The notes beneath the pieces are model-generated. The model had not been told where the DNA came from. It saw only the letters and a list, made by a program, of their open reading frames with translations, and ran no database searches. A DNA stretch of 63,690 nt, the filler included, from Ministeria vibrans ATCC 50519 (lineage: Eukaryota; Protista; Filasterea), in NCBI GenBank assembly GCA_943704425.1. It is 7 parts of 7 records of this genome, joined end to end, with 100 filler letters (N's around TTAATTAATTAA, not from the genome) between each part and the next. Parts side by side here need not be neighbours in the genome. Positions count along the whole stretch, not along the records: positions 51,100 to 62,487 come from CALSCP010000483.1; positions 62,588 to 63,690 come from CALSCP010002153.1; 5 more parts are not named here. One strand, given 5' to 3'. Below are positions 54,703-63,690 of this stretch, piece after piece. Numbering within the stretch: the stretch's first letter is position 1; each line of letters opens with the position of its first letter. Position numbers and translations under genes: made by a program.

Positions 54703-55663
54703 ATGCATCGTCCAGTCGCTCTGTCTCTCCTGGTCCTCCTCGCGGCGTGCCTGGCCTCCACCGAGGCGCACCAGTACTTCGCGTGTCTGCATGCCGAGGC
54801 GTGTCCCTCCGAACCGGTTCAAAGCGAAAACCTCGTCTTCTGCAACGCCCCCTTCGAAGGCCACAAGTTCATTGAGCTCGCAGACCAGTTTAGCGACGCA
54901 AACATCTGCCCTCGCTGCCAATTCAAACCCATCGTAATTAAGCACTTTCTCTTCTTTTTCGAACAACTATTTTCATTCCGTTCTCATTCCGTTCTCTCAT
55001 TTTGTCCTTCTGGAGCAGATGCGGTACGAAATGGCCGCTGAGCACATCAACCATGGTGCTGGTGTGGTTGTGTGCCGTGGAGAGCTGCCAGAGAGTCCCG
55101 AAACGCGGCTGTGCAGCCAATTTCTGACAACTGAAACACTCGCAAGTTTTGGGAGCGCCAAAAAACGAACGCTCGATTTCCGTGTTGGAACACTGACGGA
55201 CACGGCAACGCACTCGTGGGTTGAGTGGAAGGACGCGGAGAAGACGGATGCAGTGCTGCACATCCGTCTTCTGCCGACGCCAGTCAGCGACGGACACCAG
55301 TTTGACGCACTGTCGACGGACGAGTAAGAAGACGGAAGAAACCAGCTGGAATGTTATTGTTGGTTTCCTTCGCGTGACATATTGTTATACTCGCTACTTT
55401 GTTAACATTAATGTTGTATTGTCTGGGCCATGTGTAGTCTCTTGGACGTCGAGAAGTACGACGAGCTTGTTGATGGCATCCATGGGGCGACAGGCCACAT
55501 TGGAGATGCGGATCATCTGAATCCGTGTCGCCATGCGGCGGCTGTGCATAGCGTGCGCCGTCTTGTGACGGATGTGGCGACGTCGTTGTTTGGCGAGGAG
55601 ATGATGGCGGTTGTGAAAGACAACCTGTCGCGCTATGCGCGAGGTGGTTGTGATGAACCATAA
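54703..55663 (+). CDS. Tandem secreted protein, copy 2 (complete, three exons, ~250 aa)
   Basis: Exons 54703-54933, 55019-55323 and 55438-55663 join in frame; signal peptide and several Cys. Confidence 0.8.
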
Positions 55664-56013
55664 GACTCTATTTCGACCCAATTCTGTGGATTGGAAAAAG
55701 TCAAAACTCTTACCTCTATGAAACGGAAGACGAGTGATATTTACATGATGTCAAATGTGTGAATTTACTGTATTGTACAAGGGGTAGAACCATTAGATAG
55801 TGCCGTGTGCGCGAGGGGAAGGGAGGGGGGTTGGTTTATTGAGTTAGTTATGTCTCGACACGAGCAACTTTCGCCAAATTTGGTTTGTGATCGATACGAG
55901 TGACGAGTGACAACTCAGTAGCCAGTAGAAAAGAATACGATTCAATGAGCACCAACAAGTTTTATTATTATTATTTTTTCGATTCGTTTTTTTATGTCGT
56001 CTCTCTCTCAGAA

Positions 56014-56130
56014 ATGCGTCGTTCAGTCGCTCTGTCTCTCCTTGTTCTCCTCAGCTTTCACGGTATGCCTGGCCTGCACCACGGCGCACCAGTACTTTGC
56101 GTGTCTCCACGCTGAGGTGTGTCCCTCCGT
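56014..56130 (+). pseudogene. Tandem secreted protein, copy 3 (frameshifted, truncated)
   Basis: Same start, indel in the signal peptide, stop at 56115, similarity lost after about 56130. Confidence 0.75.
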
Positions 56131-57187
56131 AACCAGCGACGAATCAGCGACGAGGAAAGAACGAGGAAACCAACGATAACGACAACAACAACAACAACAA
56201 AGAGCGTTTCGGCTACAAACACCTTACGCTTCATGAATCGTACAGCGGCGAGGTTGGAAGGGCCTGAAGAGGGCGCAGAGAAGTGAAGAAGTGGATTGAG
56301 GCGGTGGGGCGCTCTGGGAAAAGGCGTGGTCATTCGCTGCCTTGAAGCTCAAGCAATAATAGCAAGGACAACCCCAGTGTGGCTCATCGCCTGGCTGGGG
56401 ACCACGTTCGCATTGCGTTAGAATCGGCCCCGGCCCGGAAAACACTGGAGACGGACGCGGAGAATCGCCAATCGAAAGCGCATCACACACAATTCACAAT
56501 CAAAGGCGGCGGGAGCGTTGCGGGCTGGAAGTCCACTCACTTCGCCGGAACTCGCCTGGGAATTCTTATGCAGCTGGCCGACATGTCCTATTTAACTACC
56601 CCCGTGTTCTTGTTCTACGCCTCTAGGCCCTAACTAGTAACTACTGAGCTGATCTGCTGAAGGAGGGCTGGAGGGGTGCTCGTGCCTCGTTCAAAGAGTG
56701 CACGGAGGCCGAACTCGGGCGTTCATTTTCAGAGTGAAAAATTTTGTGCGAGTGAAAAAAAAACGCTGAGAGTTCACTTTGGGGCTGTTAATTGTTAAGA
56801 AAAATAACTATTATAAAATTATTGTCATCACAACTGGCGCAAAAAGCCCCGCGCTGCGACGACTGACGAAGGGGTCATGGGAGTATAGGGCAGTCATGGA
56901 GTGATTAGGGCAATTGTACGCCATTTACGTCTCAATGGACTGAATACGTCTCAGAGTCTCCGTCACCGAAAGGTTCAGTTTCGGTTCAGGAAGGGCCAAT
57001 TCAGATTAGACTTGAGACTTTACTTTCATAATTTCATTTTTATCCTTAATCTTAATTTGTGATCGGTACGAGTGACAACTCAGTTGAAAAGAGCACGGAT
57101 TCAATCAGCATAAACAACTTTTTTTTTGCCTACCATTTTCGAACCATTTTCGTTGTTTTTCTGCCTTGTCGCTTCTCTCTCTCAGAA

Positions 57188-58152
57188 ATGCGTCGTCCAG
57201 TCGCTCTGTCTCTCCTGGTCCTCCTCGCGGCGTGCCTGGCCTCCACCGAGGCGCACCAGTACTTCGCGTGTCTGCATGCCGAGGCGTGTCCCTCCGAACC
57301 GGTTCAAAGCGAAAACCTCGTCTTCTGCAACGCCCCCTTCGAAGGCCACAAGTTCATTGAGCTCGCAGACCAGTTTAGCGACGCAAACATCTGCCCTCGC
57401 TGCCAATTCAAACCCATCGTAATTNNNNNNNNNNNNNNNNNNNNNNNNNNNNNNNNNNNNNNNNNNNNNNNNNNNNNNNNNNNNNNNNNNNNNNNNNNNN
57501 NNNNNNNNNNNNNNNNNNNNNNNNNNNNNNNNNNNNNNNNNNNNNNNNNNNNNNNNNNNNNNNNNNNNNNNNNNNNNNNNNNNNNNNNNNNNNNNNNNNN
57601 NNNNNNNNNNNNNNNNNNNNNNNNNNNNNNNNNNNNNNNNNNNNNNNNNNNNNNNNNNNNNNNNNNNNNNNNNNNNNNNNNNNNNNNNNNNNNNNNNNNN
57701 NNNNNNNNNNNNNNNNNNNNNNNNNNNNNNNNNNNNNNNNNNNNNNNNNNNNNNNNNNNNNNNNNNNNNNNNNNNNNNNNNNNNNNNNNNNNNNNNNNNN
57801 NNNNNNNNNNNNNNNNNNNNNNNNNNNNNNNNNNNNNNNNNNNNNNNNNNNNNNNNNNNNNNNNNNNNNNNNNNNNNNNNNNNNNNNNNNNNNNNNNNNN
57901 NNNNNNNNNNNNNNNNNNNNNNNNNNNNNNNNNNNNNNNNNNNNNNNCGAGCTTGTTGATGGCATCCATGGGGCGACAGGCCACATTGGAGATGCGGATC
58001 ATCTGAGCCCGTGTCGCCATGCGGCGGCTGTGCATAGCGTGCGCCGTCTTGTGACGGATGTGGCGACGTCGTTGTTCGGCGAGGAGATGATGGCGGTTGT
58101 GAAAGACAACATTTCGCGCTATGCGCGAGGTACTTGTGGTTCGTTAACTTAA
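57188..58152 (+). CDS. Tandem secreted protein, copy 4 (internal gap)
   Basis: Exon 1 and exon 3 near-identical to copy 2. Confidence 0.75.
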
Positions 58153-60097
58153 GGCGCTAATAATAAAACGTTATACTTTTTCTTTGGCGGTCATGTACAT
58201 GTACCACTCGTACAAATTATGCGACATGGAAGAAGATGGATGAGTATGTCTGCTTGCGTTTGGATTTTCTACAATAGTGCTGTGTGTGCGAGGGCCGGAG
58301 AGATTTATTAATTGCGATGAATGTTTTATCAATATTGCTCCCACACACGACCGGTTTGGTGCTGGCACTCAAGAGGTTCGTCACCGTGCCATTGGTGGTT
58401 ATTACGTCCAGATTGATCTTCGTAGCTGAGTTTCAGCTGAGGCTCTGAATCAAATTACCCGCCGCGTAGAGTGAGTGAGGGTGAGCACTCCGTGTAGATG
58501 CAACTCCATCTACTCGCAATGGAAAGAAGTGTACCCATGTGGCGCATGGGTGATGCACGTGGCTTGGTCTATTTTGCGTACCGTTTGTATGCTTGAGACC
58601 AAACTAACGCAAGCCCCATGCGTGCATGCCGCTCTCCGACAAAACGAAAGCAAACTCGCTCGCATGTATCTACCAGAATCCGACCGGCATTGGTGCGCTC
58701 GGAGTTGTCAAGTTTAGACGTTTTGACCCGCGGGAAAAGCCACAGATTCGACCAAGAATGCAGTGTTATAGTAGCGAAGTGGCTGAGGAACAAATTAATC
58801 AAAGTTGTACTGAGCGTTCGCTGAGCAGACTCAGAGATCTGATTTATGCATTTTACGAACGACCAGGGCACTATCTGAAGAACGAGATGCTCGACATGAG
58901 TGGCGACATGCAGGGCCGTGACGATGGGCGTGTGATGAAGTGGATTTTGATGATGCCAATGAACTGTGTCGCGTTTAATTCGCGTCGCGTTCGCGTCGAA
59001 ACAAAATGACCAGACACTACATTCGTGGGTATGAAACGCATTTAAGCTAGTTTCGCTCTTGAATGACAGCTGCTCGAGCCTCAAACGCTGCTCATAATGG
59101 GAGCGTGGAATGTTCGTGGAATGAGTTCAGAGGGAGTTCAGAGTTCGTTCAGAGTTCCCACCGCGTCCTTCCCGCGTCCATCCCCTGCAAGCCGGTCGAC
59201 GCTCGAAGTCTCCGCCGCCTGCGCGAGACGGTCAAAATGTTGTGTCAGCGAGGCGGTGACTTTGTGCAAAGCGAACGCAAAGTATTGGAGACGGACGTGG
59301 AGATTCTGTGTGGAGAAGCGAAGGAGAATCGTCGGAGAATCGTCAATTGCAATTCCATTGCAAACGCACCACAGTTCACAAAGACGAAGTTGGCGGGCTG
59401 GAAGTCCGCTGGAGGGTTGTACTCTGTGACCGACATGCCCCAGAGAGGTCGCACACCCTATATCGTAACGATCCCGTGGTTCTACACCTCTAAAAAGAAA
59501 GTAAAAATGTTCGTTCAAAGAGCACTGCACCATGTATAGAGGCTGTCTGTCTGCACACTCACTCAGACTGAACAGCTCGGGCCTCGGAAGTCCATCCTTT
59601 TATTCCTCAGAGTGAAAAATAATCGATTGAGACGTTTGACGAGGGTTAATCACTTTAAGGTTTGGGGTGTGCGAGATTTAACAAAAAACGTTCAGATAAC
59701 GTACGTCTTCCGTGTGTCATCAATCGTGCTAGAACGCAGAAAACAACAACTGGCACAGCAAGCTCTGCGTTATGACAAGGGGGTCATGGGACACAGATGT
59801 GAGATGGGGTCATTGCTCGTCATTTGCTTCTCAAAGTGCTTGGCATGACGTCAAGTGTCTTGGAAATTTAAAGAAAAGGATGCGTCTCAGTCAACGTTCG
59901 GTAAAGGACAAACGTCGGGCCAATTAGTCTCATTAGTCATAGACTTTTCCATTTTTATTCTTAAATTTGGGTTGTGATCGGTACGAGTGACGATTCAGTA
60001 GAAAAGAACACGCATTCAATGAGTACCAACACGTTTTTTGCCTAATTATTTTTCGTTCCTTATCGTTATCTCTTTCTTTCTTTCGTCTCTCTCAGAA

Positions 60098-61068
60098 ATG
60101 CCTTCTTCAGTCGCGCTGTCTCTCCTGGTCCTCCTCGCGGCGTGCCTGGCCTCCACCGAGGCGCACCAGTACTTCGCGTGTCTGCATGCCGAGGCGTGTC
60201 CCTCCGAACCGGTTCAAAGCGAAAACCTCGTCTTCTGCAACGCCCCCTTCGAAGGCCACAAGTTCATTGAGCTCGCAGACCAGTTTAGCGACGCAAACAT
60301 CTGCCCTCGCTGCCAATTCAAACCCATCGTAATTAAGCACTTTCTCTTCTTTTTCGAACAACTATTTTCATTCCGTTCTCATTCCGTTCTCTCATTTTGT
60401 CGTTCTGGAGCAGATGCGGTACGAAATGGCCGCTGAGCACATCAACCATGGTGCTGGTGTGGTTGTGTGCCGTGGAGAGCTGCCAGAGAGTCCCGAAACG
60501 CGGCTGTGCAGCCAATTTCTGACCATTGAAACACTCGCAAGTTTTGGGAGCGCCAAAAAACGAACGCTCGATTTCCGTGTTGGAACACTGACGGACACGG
60601 CAACGCACTCGTGGGTTGAGTGGAAGGACGTGGAGAAGACGGATGCAGTGCTACACATCCGTCTTCTGCCGACGCCAGTCAGCGACGGACACCAGTTTGA
60701 CGCACTGTCGGCGGACGAGTAAGAGGATGGAAGAAACCAGCTGGGAATGTTATTGTTGGTTTCCTCCGCGTGACATGCTGTTATGCTAGCTACTTTGTCA
60801 CCACTAATGTTGTATTGTCTGGGCCATGTGTAGTCTCTTGGACGTCGAGAAGTACGATGAGCTTGTTGATGGCATCCATGGGGCGACAGGCCACATTGGA
60901 GATGCGGATCATCTGAGCCCGTGTCGCCATGCGGCGGCTGTGCATAGCGTGCGCCGTCTTGTGACGGATGTGGCGACGTCGTTGTTCGGCGAGGAGATGA
61001 TGGCGGTTGTGAAAGACAACCTGTCGCGCTATGCGCGAAACCCTACGATATGTGAGCAGAATCAATGA
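60098..61068 (+). CDS. Tandem secreted protein, copy 5 (complete)
   Basis: Three exons as in copy 2; distinct tail NPTICEQNQ*. Confidence 0.8.
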
Positions 61069-62016
61069 CGATAATCGTCATTCATTCTGAGGGAGGGTTT
61101 ACATTGAAATGGAGAGGGAAACAAATTAAAATAATAATGAGTTTTTTTTGGTTTCACGAGAAAAAAAAGGCTATCTGACTGTGTTTTTGCGTGGTGACTG
61201 TATAAGAAGAAGAAGTGAAATATCACCCATGTATTATTGATACAATCACTACGCGAAGACACAGCCGACTGCCTTTGCAAACTCAACCGAAACTCCTAGA
61301 GTCTCTCTAGGAACTCTCTAGAGGTAACATGGGAGGACAGTGGCAGGCCAGAGTGCTGCGTCGTCGCTATTCAGTGAGGCAATTTCAATGGTACGCCATA
61401 CCCCCAGTGAGGGCTTACTCCGGCTCAGGGCTCTGACACCATTTAGGTGTCTGTCGGCAGAAGTTCTCCCCCAGCTGGCCAGGGGCGACGGCCCGCGCTG
61501 GGAAAAGATACGCTCGTTTGCTGCCTGAGTGCCCGTCTGCCTCCAACGGAGTTCATCCTCAGAGCGAACAATCGATTGATTGCAGAATGCAGTGCGATAT
61601 TGAAGCAAAACACAAAACAACGCTGAGAGTGTCGAGGGTACGTCATCAATAATTGTGCCAGAACACAGAGAGCAAACGACTGGCGCAAAAAGCTCCGCGT
61701 TGTGACAAGGGGGTCATAACACATGAGACACAGACCACTCTGACAGATGGGCTCTCATGCTCAGTGAAATCACCTGTCTGACTGAATTCGGTGAAAATTC
61801 GGTCTGAAATTCGAAATATGCATAAGGTCCGAGAGGGCCAATTAGACTTAGACTTTCCAAATTTATTCTTGAATTTGGCTTGTGATTGGTACGAGTGACG
61901 ATTCAGTAAAAAAGAACACGCATTCAATGAGCACAAACTTCGCACAAACACGTTTTTTACCTAATTATTTTCGCTTTTTTTTTTTTTTCCTGCCTTGTCG
62001 CTTCTCTCTCTCAGAA

Positions 62017-62487
62017 ATGCGTCGTCCAGTCGCTCTGTCTCTCCTGGTCCTCCTCGCGGCGTGCCTGGCCTCCACCGAGGCGCACCAGTACTTCGCGTGT
62101 CTGCATGCCGAGGCGTGTCCCTCCGAACCGGTTCAAAGCGAAAACCTCGTCTTCTGCAACGCCCCCTTCGAAGGCCACAAGTTCATTGAGCTCGCAGACC
62201 AGTTTAGCGACGCGAACATCTGCCCTCGCTGCCAATTCAAACCCATCGTAAGCTCCTTCTCTCTCTCTGCTCTTTTTTTTTTTTTTTTTTTTGCTGTTAT
62301 TTTTATTCTTATTAATTATTCTTCTAATTTTTTCGAGTTCATTTTGTCGTCCTGGAGCAGATGCGGTACGAAATGGCTGCTGAGCACATCAACCATGGTG
62401 CTGGTGTGGTTGTGTGCCGTGGAGAGCTGCCAGAGAGTCCCGAAACGCGGCTGTGCAGCGAATTTCTGACCATTGAAACACTCGCAA
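62017..62487 (+). CDS. Tandem secreted protein, copy 6 (cut by contig end)
   Basis: Exon 1 and start of exon 2; intron 1 differs from copies 2 and 5. Confidence 0.75.
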
Positions 62488-62587
62488 NNNNNNNNNNNNN
62501 NNNNNNNNNNNNNNNNNNNNNNNNNNNNNNNTTAATTAATTAANNNNNNNNNNNNNNNNNNNNNNNNNNNNNNNNNNNNNNNNNNNN

Positions 62588-62662
<75 letters not shown>

Positions 62663-62754
62663 TTTTCTTTCTTTCTTTCTTTCTTTCTTTCTCTCTCCCT
62701 GCTCCTCTTTGTTGCTCTTCTACTCTGTCTCTTTGTCTGTCTTTGCCTTTGCAG

Positions 62755-62962
62755 TGGCTCTTCCAAGCAGACAGTCAACGTGTACAACACAGCGGGCGAC
62801 ACCGTCTCTACAATCCGGCACTACGTGGGCTTCCTGGGCCAACGCATTGGGCCCGTCTCCTCGCTTGCATTCCACCCTCACAAAGTTTGTCTTGCCGTGG
62901 GCACTCGCGATGGCAGTGTTAGTGTCTTCTCTGGTGAGTATGTGGGAGATGCTGTCGTCTGA
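62755..62962 (+). CDS. RPTOR: Raptor, last WD40 repeats (3' fragment)
   Basis: IRHYVGFLGQRIGPVSSLAFHPHKVCLAVG matches the Raptor C-terminal GFxGQRxGxxSCLAFHP signature. Exact end uncertain (possible donor near 62934). Confidence 0.85.
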
Positions 62963-63045
62963 TATTGTAAATACATTTTTATTCATTATTTTGCTTTTGA
63001 AATAATAATAATATACTCTTCCCCTGTCTGTCTGTGTGAGTGTGT

Positions 63046-63500
63046 TTATGACGCGAGTTGCTTCCCAATTTCGCCCAACCAACTGTTCATATCGTCTTCA
63101 CTGTCCACCTACGACACAAAAAGACAAAGTGAGTAGCATGCGACTGGTTTTATACTGCTGTGACTACCTTGAGAACATAGGAACGACCGGGAATGGACAG
63201 TGAGAATTCGTAGTTTGGCGCAGTGGAACTGATCATCTCAACATGCTATTCACAAACAGCCAAACAAGCGATCACAGTCAGTTTCTCAGGATCGATGTCC
63301 GTTTACACCGAAGCGTTACACACCCACGCACACATACACATAGAAGAAGACTTACAGCACACTGAGAGATATCAATGGAGCCCAGCATTGGCTCGTCGAT
63401 CCCCGGCGGTTTCGCAAAATAGCGCAGTTCGTTGGCAACAAGCATAAAGTACCGACGCTTCCACGCGCGATTGCCACCCCCTTGCTTGTACATGTAGCCC
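63046..63500 (-). CDS. C-terminal PH domain of a 5'-partial gene
   Basis: GYMYKQGGGNRAWKRRYFML...LRYF...GSIDI|...YEFSLSIPGRSYVLK|VDSEDDMNSWLGEI. Confidence 0.88.
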
Positions 63501-63649
63501 TTTATAATGCAACAAGGGTTACTTTTTACACACACACACACACATACTTATCCTCTCACTCTTTCAATCACTTTGTTTCTTTTTCCCTCCTCTGCCACTT
63601 TGTTTCTTTTTCCCTCCTCTGCCACTTTGTTTCTTTTTCCCTCCTCCTC

Positions 63650-63690
<41 letters not shown>

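Noticed and set aside
58200-59600. Intact protein-coding gene or transposase in the long array spacer
   Set aside because: Only short ORFs in several frames, no consistent splice model and no transposase or RT motifs.

Overview
Eukaryotic genomic DNA with dense, short GT-AG introns and many microsatellites. The gene set (Piezo, ferlin, filamin repeats, CIP4-type F-BAR, Tks/p47phox-type PX, DENND1, SYAP1) suggests a unicellular holozoan such as a choanoflagellate; this is inference. The window is about seven unrelated contigs joined by N-TTAATTAATTAA-N linkers, so gene order across linkers means nothing. Housekeeping genes include RPS27A, CSE1L, PP2C, SKP1, NAMPT, RPTOR, PCNP and SYAP1. The main find is a pair of paralogous ROCO (Roc-COR GTPase) genes. 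One ends in an intact His/Cys caspase-family (C14) protease domain (25146-28213). The other starts with a WD40 propeller encoded one repeat per symmetric phase-2 exon (2752 to window start). Together they suggest a modular sensor-GTPase-protease immune or cell-death system. Other oddities: a filamin-repeat protein fused to a catalytically degenerate short-chain asparaginase, an intron-containing bacterial-type RimK/MvdD-like ATP-grasp gene, an EF-hand/SEL1-like/CaaX protein, and a six-copy tandem array of an unrecognised secreted protein. All calls come from manual splicing and remembered motifs; no database searches were run.
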